Positions 29,131 through 38,590 of a DNA stretch of 64,000 bases are shown one piece after another. The stretch's first letter is position 1, and each line of letters begins with the position of its first letter. A model generated the notes under the pieces. That model was not told the DNA's origin. It made no database searches and worked only from the letters and a program-made list of their open reading frames with translations. Origin of the DNA: Erysipelotrichaceae bacterium (lineage in GTDB: Bacteria; Bacillota_I; Bacilli_A; Erysipelotrichales; Erysipelotrichaceae); NCBI GenBank assembly GCA_036642795.1, contig JAVXTH010000003.1, forward strand, positions 12,443 through 76,442, written 5' to 3'. Position numbers and translations under genes: made by a program.

Positions 29131-30233
29131 AAAACTTATTTAAAAAAGATGGTTTCCTAGATTTCTCCTCTTCTGTCTTAGCGATTATCATCGGTTTGTT
29201 ATTTGGTTTTGTGATTATTTTAATTGCAAATCCAGGCAATGCACTTGATGGTTTCATGACTCTTTTAACCGGTGTATTAAGCGGTGGAATGAGTGATTAT
29301 GGAAAAGTATTATACTATGCAGTACCAATTATTATGACTGGTTTATCGGTTGGTTTTGCTTTTAAAACCGGATTGTTTAATATTGGTACACCAGGACAAT
29401 TTATTGTTGGTGCATTTGTAGCTGTTTATATTGGTGTTAACTGGACTTTTTTAGGACCACTACATTGGGTAGTTGCTTTACTTGGTGCAGGAATTGCAGG
29501 GGCTGTGTGGGCATTAGTTCCCGGTCTTATGAAAGCTTATCTAAATGTAAATGAAGTAATCGCAAGTATCATGATGAATTACATCGGTATGTATACCGTA
29601 AATTATTTAGTAACAAAAACGGTTTATGATGCGTTTAAGAATCAATCCTTGGATGTAGCATCAACAGCAATTATTCCTAAGCTTGGCTTAGATAAAATAT
29701 TTGCTAATTCACCTGTTAATGCAGGAATATTGATTGCTATTTTAATGGTTATTATTATTTATATTGTGTTGAACAAAACAAAATTAGGTTTTGAAATGAA
29801 GGCTTGTGGTTTCAACCGTGATGCAAGTCGTTATGCCGGAATCAATGAAAAGAAAAATATCGTATTAGCAATGGCAATTGCTGGTGCCTTAGCAGGTATT
29901 GGTGGCGGTCTTGCTTATCTTGCTGGTACGGGTCGTTACATTGAGGTTGTTGATGTACTGGCAGCCGATGGATTTAATGGTATTCCAGTCGCATTGTTAG
30001 GCTTGAGTAATCCAATTGGAGTTTTATTAGCTGGTTTATTTATTTCTTATTTAAATGTTGGTGGATTTATGATGCAATCGTATGGTTTCATACCACAGAT
30101 TGTTGATATCATTATCTCTTGTATTATTTACTTTTCAGCTTTCTCTTTAATGATGAAAGTTTGGTTATCCAACCGTGCAAATAAAAAACGTAAAAAAGAT
30201 GAGACCAGTAAGTTAACCGGAGGTGATCAGTAA
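29127..30233 (+). CDS. ABC transporter permease (YufP/NupP-like)
   Basis: Polytopic membrane protein. Its start overlaps the ATPase stop. Position in the operon. Confidence 0.85.
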   Translation: MKNLFKKDGFLDFSSSVLAIIIGLLFGFVIILIANPGNALDGFMTLLTGVLSGGMSDYGKVLYYAVPIIMTGLSVGFAFKTGLFNIGTPGQFIVGAFVAVYIGVNWTFLGPLHWVVALLGAGIAGAVWALVPGLMKAYLNVNEVIASIMMNYIGMYTVNYLVTKTVYDAFKNQSLDVASTAIIPKLGLDKIFANSPVNAGILIAILMVIIIYIVLNKTKLGFEMKACGFNRDASRYAGINEKKNIVLAMAIAGALAGIGGGLAYLAGTGRYIEVVDVLAADGFNGIPVALLGLSNPIGVLLAGLFISYLNVGGFMMQSYGFIPQIVDIIISCIIYFSAFSLMMKVWLSNRANKKRKKDETSKLTGGDQ

Positions 30234-31186
30234 TGGATACATTTTACTTTTTATTTCAACAGATGATGTTCTTCTCAATTCCTTTACTTATTGTTGCCTT
30301 AGGTGGTTTGTTTTCTGAGCGAAGTGGAGTAATCAACATTGCCTTAGAAGGAATCATGTTAATTGGTGCCTTTGCTGGTATCTTATTTGTTCATATCTTT
30401 AATGATGCAATACCAGGACAATTATTATTGATCTTAGGTGTATTAGTGGCCGGCGGTGCTGGTATGTTATTTTCTTTGGTCCATGCTTATGCTTCCATTA
30501 ATATGAAAGCAGACCAAGTAATCAGTGGTACGGCAATTAATATCTTTGCGCCAGCTTTCTGTATCTTTACAGCGAGAATGGTACAAACAACGCAACAAAT
30601 TCAATTTAAAAACATATTTCGTTTATCAAGTGTACCACTATTAGGTGATATTCCTGTCATTGGTAAGATGTTCTTTCAAAATGCTTATATAACTACTTAT
30701 ATTGGAATTGGTATTTTAATTGTATCTTGGTTGGTACTATATAAAACGCGTTTTGGTTTAAGACTTCGTTCTTGTGGTGAATTACCTCAAGCAGCCGATG
30801 CAGCTGGTATTAATGTATATAAAATGCGTTATGCTGGTGTTATGATATCTGGACTATTAGCAGGAATTGGTGGACTTGTCTTTATTATTCCGACAAGTAC
30901 CAACTTTAATGCGGATGTAGCAGGGTATGGTTTCTTAGCTTTGGCGGTATTGATTTTTGGTCAATGGCGTCCTTGGCGTATCTTGTTTGCTTCAATTTTC
31001 TTCGGTTTTATGAAGACCATTGCCGCAACGTATTCCTCAATTCCATTCTTAGCTCAATTAGGCGTTCCTAGTTCGATTTATAAGATGATTCCTTATATTG
31101 CAACGCTGATTGTTTTAGCCTTTGTATCGAAGAGTAGTGCCGCTCCTGCTGCAGAGGGCGAGCCATTTGATAAAGGGAAACGTTAA
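30233..31186 (+). CDS. ABC transporter permease (YufQ/NupQ-like)
   Basis: Polytopic membrane protein. TAATG stop/start overlap with the preceding permease. Confidence 0.85.
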   Translation: MDTFYFLFQQMMFFSIPLLIVALGGLFSERSGVINIALEGIMLIGAFAGILFVHIFNDAIPGQLLLILGVLVAGGAGMLFSLVHAYASINMKADQVISGTAINIFAPAFCIFTARMVQTTQQIQFKNIFRLSSVPLLGDIPVIGKMFFQNAYITTYIGIGILIVSWLVLYKTRFGLRLRSCGELPQAADAAGINVYKMRYAGVMISGLLAGIGGLVFIIPTSTNFNADVAGYGFLALAVLIFGQWRPWRILFASIFFGFMKTIAATYSSIPFLAQLGVPSSIYKMIPYIATLIVLAFVSKSSAAPAAEGEPFDKGKR

Positions 31187-31197
31187 GTCGTTTTATC

Positions 31198-31231
31198 GGT
31201 ATTCACACGGTTGTTGTGGATACCTTTTTTT
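31198..31231 (+). terminator. Intrinsic terminator after the ABC transporter operon
   Basis: GGTATTCACA/TGTGGATACC stem followed by a T7 run. Confidence 0.7.
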
Positions 31232-31306
31232 GTTGGTTTGTGATACAATGACATGGTTACTTATAAATATAAAATTGAATACCATACTATCAACGGAGGT
31301 TTTAAA

Positions 31307-32554
31307 ATGTTAATCAAACAAGGTGTTAATTGTCAAATTATTAAAACAAATAAATTCAAAGATATCGGCATTAGTATTCGTTTTCTTTCACCACTTGATG
31401 AAACGCATGCAAGTGAAAAATCTTTGTTAGCGATGATTCTATGTGATCGCTGTCTTGCTTTTCCTAGTAAGAAAGCAATGAGTAAAGCGATGGATGAACA
31501 CTATGGGGCATCCTTAAATGCTCAAACAACGGGCTATGGACAAGCTCAAGTATTAGAAATACGAAGTAAAATAATTGATCCGGATTATGTACCAGGTGAG
31601 CATTTATTAGAAAAGCATATGGCGGTTCTACATGAAATTGTTTTTCATCCTAGAATCGATGAAGAAGTTTTAAAAGAAGCGAAAGAAGTTTTATTAGCGA
31701 AAATGCAACGAATGCAAGATGAACCTAGCCAATATGCGATTCAACGCTGTTTTCAATTAGCTGGGGAAAAGCTTCCTTTGGGGATTTCAGCTTTAGGTAC
31801 AAAACAAAGAATTGAAAGCATTGATCTTGCTCAATTAAAAGCAGCTTACTTAAAAATGGTAGAACAAGATCAAATTGAAATATTATTATGTGGCGATATA
31901 AAAGAACAAAGCATGATTGATTTAATTAATAAAAATCTAGATTTCAAAGAAAGAAAGACCGATATTCAAACTTTTTATTGCGCAAACAATTCTAAAAAAA
32001 GTGAACGAGTAGAAGAATATCGCGATGTATCTCAAACAAGTATTATCATGTTATATTTCACAAATATTACGGTTAAAGATAAAGACTTTTGGAAACTTAA
32101 AGTCACCAATGCGATTCTAGGTCAATATCCAACTTCTTTCTTATTTCAAGAAGTACGAGAGAAACATTCTTTATGTTATTCAATTTATTCAAGTTTAGTC
32201 TCTTATGATGGAGCGCTATGTATTGCAACGGGAATTGATAATGGAACGATTGATAAAACAATTCAATTGATTGAAAAACAAGTTCAAAGAATTAAAAATG
32301 GTGAATTTGATGAAGCATTATTAAATACCACAAAAGGAATGTTAATAAATTCTTTAAAAGCATCCAAAGATGAAATGAATTCATTATTCTCAATCTATTT
32401 TCAAAATACATTATTAAATCAAAATAAAAAAGTAGAAGACTTTATTGAAGCAATCCAACAAGTACAAAAAAATGATGTGATTGAAATTATCAATCATTGT
32501 CATCATAAAATGACTTATATCTTAACCAAGGAGGAAGAACATGCAGATCATTAG
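31307..32554 (+). CDS. M16-family peptidase-like protein lacking the zinc motif (YmfF-like, non-catalytic partner)
   Basis: Insulinase-fold length and pattern but no HxxEH motif. The ATG at 31307 has a GGAGG RBS. Paired with the next gene. Confidence 0.7.
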   Translation: MLIKQGVNCQIIKTNKFKDIGISIRFLSPLDETHASEKSLLAMILCDRCLAFPSKKAMSKAMDEHYGASLNAQTTGYGQAQVLEIRSKIIDPDYVPGEHLLEKHMAVLHEIVFHPRIDEEVLKEAKEVLLAKMQRMQDEPSQYAIQRCFQLAGEKLPLGISALGTKQRIESIDLAQLKAAYLKMVEQDQIEILLCGDIKEQSMIDLINKNLDFKERKTDIQTFYCANNSKKSERVEEYRDVSQTSIIMLYFTNITVKDKDFWKLKVTNAILGQYPTSFLFQEVREKHSLCYSIYSSLVSYDGALCIATGIDNGTIDKTIQLIEKQVQRIKNGEFDEALLNTTKGMLINSLKASKDEMNSLFSIYFQNTLLNQNKKVEDFIEAIQQVQKNDVIEIINHCHHKMTYILTKEEEHADH

Positions 32555-33821
32555 AAATGAAAAATATAAAGAGAGCTATGTTGAAGAAACCTTAGATAAT
32601 GGATTACACGTTGTTTTATGGAACAAACCTGATTATGAAAAAGCATGCTTTATGATGGCAACACCGCTTGGCGCAATGGATCTTGAACAAGTGGATCAAA
32701 CAGGCAAGATCACAGCATATCCGGCTGGGATTGCACATTTTCTTGAACATAAAATGTTTGAAGAAGAAGAACAGGATGTAATGGACTTATTCTCTGAAAT
32801 GGGTGCCAATGTAAATGCCTTTACTTCTTATAATGAAACAGCATATTATTTCTCAACAAGTGAAAACCCAATTAAACCGCTTCATTTATTATTAGATTTT
32901 GTTCAACGTTTATATATTAGTGAAGCATCGGTAGAAAAAGAAAAAGGCATCATTATTCAAGAACTAGCAATGTATCAACAAATGAGCGATCAACGCTTAT
33001 TGATGGAAACTTTTTCTTCTTTGTTCTCTAAGCATCCACTTAAATACGATGTGGGAGGCGATGAGGCAAGTGTGAATCAAATAACCAAAGAACAATTAGA
33101 GACATGCTATCACCTTAATTATCATCCTAGTACGATGGTACTTGTTGGGGTAAGTAGTATGGATCCCAATATATTATTGAAAGAAATTAAAGCAAATCAG
33201 GCAAAGAAACATTTCAATGCGATTCATTCGGTTGAAAGAGTCAAAGTCGCAGAACCAGTCGAGGTAGCTAGAAGCAATTTTAGTTTTCATATGGATGTTT
33301 CGATTCCTAAACTATCGATTGCTTTTAAAGAGAAGGGAATTCAGGATCCTTATGAACGATTAAAGAAAGAATGGTGTTATCGAATTCTTTTTGATATGGC
33401 GTTTACTTCCATCAATGATGAATATCAAACTTGGATGGATCAAGGTATCATTAATGATTACTTTAACTATGAAGTTGATTATGGTAGTGATTATGGTTTG
33501 ATTATGATTGTGAATGAAACGAATAAAAAAGATGAATTCATTGAAGTTATCCTAAAAACATTAAAAGATTTAAAGACAAAAGAAATTGATCAAAAAGTAT
33601 TTGAACAATTAAAACGTCGTTATTTTGGTCAAAATATCCGTAGTTTAAATAGCTTTGATGATATTTTAGTTACTTATATGCGTAACTATTTTGATCAAAT
33701 TGATTTCTTTAAAGGAATTGATTTGGTTTATGATATTAAGCTTGAAGATATCAAAGAAGCTTTTAAGAGCTTTGATATTGATACCTATGCGATTGTTGAG
33801 TTATTACCAAATCAAAAATAA
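32541..33821 (+). CDS. M16B zinc peptidase (YmfH-like, catalytic partner)
   Basis: HFLEH (inverted zinc-binding HxxEH motif) followed by a downstream Glu region. Overlaps the preceding gene by 14 nt. Confidence 0.8.
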   Translation: MQIIRNEKYKESYVEETLDNGLHVVLWNKPDYEKACFMMATPLGAMDLEQVDQTGKITAYPAGIAHFLEHKMFEEEEQDVMDLFSEMGANVNAFTSYNETAYYFSTSENPIKPLHLLLDFVQRLYISEASVEKEKGIIIQELAMYQQMSDQRLLMETFSSLFSKHPLKYDVGGDEASVNQITKEQLETCYHLNYHPSTMVLVGVSSMDPNILLKEIKANQAKKHFNAIHSVERVKVAEPVEVARSNFSFHMDVSIPKLSIAFKEKGIQDPYERLKKEWCYRILFDMAFTSINDEYQTWMDQGIINDYFNYEVDYGSDYGLIMIVNETNKKDEFIEVILKTLKDLKTKEIDQKVFEQLKRRYFGQNIRSLNSFDDILVTYMRNYFDQIDFFKGIDLVYDIKLEDIKEAFKSFDIDTYAIVELLPNQK

Positions 33822-33850
33822 TTAAAAAACATCAATTTTAATAAAATTAT

Positions 33851-33879
33851 GCCATTTATATAAAAAAATGGCTTTTTTT
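33851..33879 (+). terminator. Intrinsic terminator after the M16 pair
   Basis: GCCATTT/AAATGGC stem followed by a T7 run. Confidence 0.7.
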
Positions 33880-34046
33880 GTGAAATATACTAAAAAATGG
33901 CAATAATAAGTGAGATTTCATATTTGCATATCTTCCGGGTGTTTGAGATAATGACTTAACAAATGAATGGGGGTCTTATTATGAGTGCTTTTATTCGATA
34001 AACAATACTAACATTGAAAGCATATTGATGCGAGGAGGAAACTAAA

Positions 34047-34379
34047 ATGTTAAATCAAATTGTAATAGTCGGGAAAGTAGTGGACTTACCAGAAATTAAG
34101 AAAACGGTGAATGGTACTAAAATAGGAAATGTGGGGATCTTACTAAATCGTCCATTTAAAAATTCAGAAGGCTATTATGATACGGATTATTTATCGATTA
34201 CCTTATGGAAAGGAATTGCGGAAACAGTCAGTGAGGTTTGTCGAGTGAACGATGTCTTAGCAATTAAAGGTCGCATTCAAACCAGTGATTACACAAAAGA
34301 TGATATAGTCTATCATAATTATGATATCATTGCGGAAAAAGTATCTTTCATCAGTTCTGAATTAGCTGCGAAAAAATAA
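34047..34379 (+). CDS. ssb: Single-stranded DNA-binding protein, short form without acidic C-terminal tip (SsbB-like)
   Basis: OB-fold pattern N.V.IVG.V...PE.K.T..G......L...RPFKN.EG...TD...I.LW...AE. Only 110 aa, ending in SSELAAKK rather than a DDD(I/L)PF tip. GAGGAGG RBS. Confidence 0.7.
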   Translation: MLNQIVIVGKVVDLPEIKKTVNGTKIGNVGILLNRPFKNSEGYYDTDYLSITLWKGIAETVSEVCRVNDVLAIKGRIQTSDYTKDDIVYHNYDIIAEKVSFISSELAAKK

Positions 34380-34402
34380 ATAATCGCACAGATTATTATG
34401 AA

Positions 34403-34446
34403 ATGCATCGCTCTTTACTAGGGATAATAAAGAGCGGTGCATTTTA
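34403..34446 (+). terminator. Intrinsic terminator after ssb
   Basis: 15-bp stem (ATGCATCGCTCTTTA / TAAAGAGCGGTGCAT, one G-U pair) followed by TTTT. Confidence 0.75.
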
Positions 34447-34726
34447 TGTTTGCTAGACATGGCACAATCTAACGAATCAAAGTCTAGTTGTGGGTATTTA
34501 TAACAAGTGTAGTAAATTATATTCAATGTTTTATTTACGTTGTCTATTTTTAAGTGATCTTATCAGTTGGTCAATTCTTTAAAATATTATCTAAGTCGTT
34601 TGTGATAACAATACGTAGGTAGTGCCGTATAAAAGAATCAAACATACGGTGCAAGAGGGGGGACAAGTTTTATTCTTACTCTACCTTATGAAAGGATGAA
34701 ATTTTTAATTTCTTATAACTTTTTTA

Positions 34727-34735
34727 TGTTATAAT
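34727..34735 (+). promoter_or_regulatory. Extended -10 promoter (TGtTATAAT) for proBA
   Basis: TGTTATAAT lies 25 nt upstream of the proB ATG, with an AGGGG RBS in between. Confidence 0.5.
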
Positions 34736-34759
34736 TAGCGTATTATAGGGGTATAAAAG

Positions 34760-35551
34760 ATGATGAATATTAAAGATTGTAAAAGAATTGTAATTAAAGT
34801 TGGATCATCCACTATTACACATCCAAATGGTGGTTTAAATCTACAAAAAATTGATAAGCTTGCGATGGTTTTAAGTGACATCAAACATAGTGGTAAAGAA
34901 GTAATATTAGTAAGTAGTGGTGCAGTCAGTGCTGGTGTAGCCAAGTTGAATATGAAGAATCGACCTAGCTTGATGAAAGAAAAGCAAGCTGCAGCATCGG
35001 TTGGTCAATGTGAATTGATGTTTATCTATGATAAATTCTTTTCACAATATGGTCAATTAATTTCTCAATTATTGATTACAAAAACGGTAACAAGTAATAA
35101 AGTATTAAGAAAAAATGTTATCAATACATTAGAAACATTATTAGCGTATGGCGTAATTCCAATTATTAATGAAAATGATAGTGTTGCCGTTGATGAAATT
35201 GCTTATGGTGATAATGATACATTATCAGCGATGAGTGCTTATTTGGTTAAAGCAGATCTTTTGATTCTTTTATCGGATATTGATGGCTTATATGATGATA
35301 ATCCAAGTACAAATCCTTCCGCGAAATTAATTCCACTTGTGAGCAAGGTTGATGAATCCATTGAAGCAATGGCACAAGGGGCAGGAAGTATTCATGGAAC
35401 TGGTGGAATGATTACTAAAATTAATGCTGCCGCTTTTGCGAATGAACATGGTATTTCAATGGTCATTGCTAATGGCAAAGAACCAAGTATTTTATATGAT
35501 ATTTTAGCGGATCATTATCGTGGAACTTTATTTAAAGGAGAGGAAATTTAA
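34760..35551 (+). CDS. proB: Glutamate 5-kinase (short form without PUA domain)
   Basis: VIKVGSS, VSSGAV and NENDSVAVDEI..GDNDTLSA motifs. 263 aa. Confidence 0.9.
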   Translation: MMNIKDCKRIVIKVGSSTITHPNGGLNLQKIDKLAMVLSDIKHSGKEVILVSSGAVSAGVAKLNMKNRPSLMKEKQAAASVGQCELMFIYDKFFSQYGQLISQLLITKTVTSNKVLRKNVINTLETLLAYGVIPIINENDSVAVDEIAYGDNDTLSAMSAYLVKADLLILLSDIDGLYDDNPSTNPSAKLIPLVSKVDESIEAMAQGAGSIHGTGGMITKINAAAFANEHGISMVIANGKEPSILYDILADHYRGTLFKGEEI

Positions 35552-36792
35552 TGGATTTATTAACCTTAGCAAAAAACACAAAAATTGCTTCTTTTGAAAT
35601 TATGAATATGAATACAGAAGCTAAGAATGCTCTTTTAGATAAAATTGCTAGTTGTTTAGAAAAACATCAAGCACTGATTTTTAAAGCGAATCAATCCGAT
35701 CTAATGCAAGCTAGAAAGAAGCAAATCGATGAAGGCCGCATGGATCGAATGATGTTAAATGAAGAAAGAATGGCTGGAATTATTACTGGGATTCATCAAG
35801 TCATTCAATTACAAGATCCAATTGGGGAAATAACACCGCTGTCGACCTTAGCAAATGGTTTACAATTATCGCAGATGCGAGTTGCTTTAGGGGTGGTTGG
35901 CATGATCTATGAAGCACGTCCTAATGTGAGTGTAGATGCAGCGTGTTTGTGTTTAAAAGCTGGCAATGCAGTTATGTTAAGAGGATCTAAAGATATTCTT
36001 CAAACTAATATTGAACTAGTAAAAGCAATGCGTGAGGCAATTCATGCTTGTGGTTATGATGAAAATATGATTACTTTATTAGAAGATACGAGTCATGAAT
36101 GTGCGAATGCGTTTATGAAATTGAATGGATATTTAGATGTTTTGATTCCTCGTGGAGGAGCAGGCTTAATTCAAAATACAATCAAAGAGGCAAGCGTTCC
36201 AATCTTAGAAACGGGAACTGGGAATTGCCATGTTTATATTGATGAGGATGCTGATTTGAAACAAGCATTGGCAATTGTTTTAAATGCGAAAACATCACGT
36301 ACATCGGTATGCAATGCATGTGAAAGTGTTTTAATCCATAAAAAGGTTAGCCAAGTCTTTATTCAGAAACTTGTGGATCAATTGCTAGAACATCATGTAA
36401 TCATTCATGGAGATGAGACAATTTGTAAATGTCAGGATCAAATCATTCCTTGCAAGGAAGAAGATTATTATAAAGAGTATTTAAATTTAGAAATTTCAAT
36501 CAAAATAGTAAATGATTTAGATGAAGCCATTCAACATATTAATCAATATGGAACCCATCATAGCGAAACTATAATGAGCACCAATCAAGATAAGATTAAT
36601 AAATTCTTTCGTCAAATTGATAGTGCTTGTGTGTATGCAAATGCCTCCACACGTTTCTCTGATGGCTTTGAGTTTGGCTTTGGTGCAGAGATTGGCATTA
36701 GCACTCAAAAGTTACACGCGCGTGGGCCAATGGGCTTACAAGCATTAACATCACAAAAATATATCATTGTTGGAAACGGTCAAATTAGATAA
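35551..36792 (+). CDS. proA: Gamma-glutamyl phosphate reductase
   Basis: EARPNV, LRGSK, the GTGNCHVY region and HHSE..M motifs. TAATG overlap with proB. Confidence 0.9.
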   Translation: MDLLTLAKNTKIASFEIMNMNTEAKNALLDKIASCLEKHQALIFKANQSDLMQARKKQIDEGRMDRMMLNEERMAGIITGIHQVIQLQDPIGEITPLSTLANGLQLSQMRVALGVVGMIYEARPNVSVDAACLCLKAGNAVMLRGSKDILQTNIELVKAMREAIHACGYDENMITLLEDTSHECANAFMKLNGYLDVLIPRGGAGLIQNTIKEASVPILETGTGNCHVYIDEDADLKQALAIVLNAKTSRTSVCNACESVLIHKKVSQVFIQKLVDQLLEHHVIIHGDETICKCQDQIIPCKEEDYYKEYLNLEISIKIVNDLDEAIQHINQYGTHHSETIMSTNQDKINKFFRQIDSACVYANASTRFSDGFEFGFGAEIGISTQKLHARGPMGLQALTSQKYIIVGNGQIR

Positions 36793-36852
36793 AGAAGTAT
36801 CATCTTTTTTATAAAAGATAAAGATTCATCCATACTATTCTAGGTGAGATGA

Positions 36853-37998
36853 ATGAACCTTAAACGTTTTTATATAGTATCAATCTTTAACTTTTTAAGC
36901 TTCTTTGCTTTTGCTTTGCTTACAACTCAATTGATTCCTTATATGAAATATCTTAAATACGATTTAGTTCAACAAGGCTATATACTTGCCATTAGTGCAA
37001 TTATAGCTATTTTTGGGCAATTTTTATTTGGTTATTTATGTGATCGTTATCAAAGCTTAAAAAAATTTTATTATCTAAGTTATTTCATTGTATTACTAAG
37101 TGCAATCGGGATGTTTTTATTCCAGAAGAATTATTTTATTTATCACTTAATTATGATTTCACTTATGATGGGCATGGTGAAAGTTGTCATTGCTTTAAAT
37201 GAAACATGGATGCAACAAATGGATCATCAACATTATGGTAAGATTCGAGCAGCTGGTGCGATTGGACTAACACTAGGTGCTTTTTTCACTGGTATTTTTA
37301 TAACAAAATTCAATTATCAAAACATTCTTTTTGTCTTTCTCTTTCTTTCATTGTTTTTATTATTTATCATCCATGCGATTCCTGATATTAAGCAACAAAC
37401 GAAAACAAAGATTACTTATGTTCATTTAAAAGTGCTCCTCACCAATAAAAACTATGTACTACTCGTTATCATCTACTTATTACTCTATATGGTGGGCACA
37501 GCAGATCAATATGTCGTAATTGATAAGATGGTTGGAATGGGTGCTAACAGCTCTGTAATCGGCTATAAATGGGCTATCCAGTCGCTTATGGAGATTCCAG
37601 TGTTGATTGGTTCTCAATATATCTTAAAAAGAGTATCTTTGTTTACTTTATTAAAGATTGCGAGCTTAATGTATAGCATAAAATTTATTCTATATGGACT
37701 ATCCACCACTGCCTTTATGATTATCGCAAGTGCTTCCTTACAACTAGTTACTTTGCCGATTATAATGATCACAAGTAAGATATTAATCAGCAAGGTTACC
37801 ACCAAAGAATACCAAACGAGTGCGCATATGTTTGCGATGGCGATTTTTATTGGCTTCAGTGGTTTTATAACACCGTTAATAACAACTCGCTTATGTAAAG
37901 CCTATGGCTCTAATATAACTTTGTTTATCGTAGCAAGCTTTTGTATTTTTCCTTATTGGTTAATTCGCTATTACCAAAAAACTTGTGAAAAGAAATAA
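36853..37998 (+). CDS. MFS-type transporter
   Basis: About 12 predicted TM helices. A D-R-Y (GYLCDRYQS) loop between TM2 and TM3 is typical of the MFS. Confidence 0.65.
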   Translation: MNLKRFYIVSIFNFLSFFAFALLTTQLIPYMKYLKYDLVQQGYILAISAIIAIFGQFLFGYLCDRYQSLKKFYYLSYFIVLLSAIGMFLFQKNYFIYHLIMISLMMGMVKVVIALNETWMQQMDHQHYGKIRAAGAIGLTLGAFFTGIFITKFNYQNILFVFLFLSLFLLFIIHAIPDIKQQTKTKITYVHLKVLLTNKNYVLLVIIYLLLYMVGTADQYVVIDKMVGMGANSSVIGYKWAIQSLMEIPVLIGSQYILKRVSLFTLLKIASLMYSIKFILYGLSTTAFMIIASASLQLVTLPIIMITSKILISKVTTKEYQTSAHMFAMAIFIGFSGFITPLITTRLCKAYGSNITLFIVASFCIFPYWLIRYYQKTCEKK

Positions 37999-38033
37999 TG
38001 GCATGGTATAATACAAATACTTAAAAGAGGTAA

Positions 38034-38552
38034 ATGATGAAACATGCGATTCTTAAAATAAAAAATTGGGACTTTAAAGTCAGCGAAGATGATTATTTAC
38101 AATTCAAAGGTAAAATTGGTCGAGGTGTTACCATTTATAATCTTTATGGGAAAGAACTGCTTCATTTTGCCGCTAAAAAAACGAATTTTGTTTTGTTAAG
38201 ATCCAACCGTATTTTAGCCTTTGATATCTATATAGATCAACAAATTCGCGGTACTCTTTTTCCTTATGAAGAAGGATTAGGTAAAGCACTGTTATATTTT
38301 CAAGGTCATAATTATGAAATTGTCGCTGGTGAATTTCAAGAGTCAGATGCTTATGTGCTTTTACAAGATCATCAAAGTGTTGCTTTAATGATTAAAAATA
38401 ATCATTTTGATATCTATACAAGACAAAGTGATAAAACATCACTTTGTGCCATGTTAGCAATTCATCTACGCTTTCTTGGTTTAAAAAAGATCGATAAGAA
38501 TGCTTTTTTATTATATATTGAACCAGATTATTTAAATGAAATGAATAACTAA
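38034..38552 (+). CDS. Hypothetical protein, 172 aa (possibly tubby/LURP-one-like fold; very tentative)
   Basis: Clean ORF with an AGAGGT RBS. Beta-rich repeating pattern. No catalytic motif recognised. Confidence 0.5.
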   Translation: MMKHAILKIKNWDFKVSEDDYLQFKGKIGRGVTIYNLYGKELLHFAAKKTNFVLLRSNRILAFDIYIDQQIRGTLFPYEEGLGKALLYFQGHNYEIVAGEFQESDAYVLLQDHQSVALMIKNNHFDIYTRQSDKTSLCAMLAIHLRFLGLKKIDKNAFLLYIEPDYLNEMNN

Positions 38553-38590
38553 ATTAAAAGTTTGTATAGTAGTAGTAAGGTGAATACGCT

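Noticed and set aside
34655-34662. Possible base-pairing between the GAGGGGGG tract upstream of proB and the C-rich loops of the sRNA candidate at 40.0 kb
   Set aside because: Written 5' to 3', the tracts are GAGGGGGG and CUCCCCC or CUUCCCCC. The reverse complement of the G-tract is CCCCCCUC, so the flanking bases do not align antiparallel. Only a generic G-run/C-run match remains.
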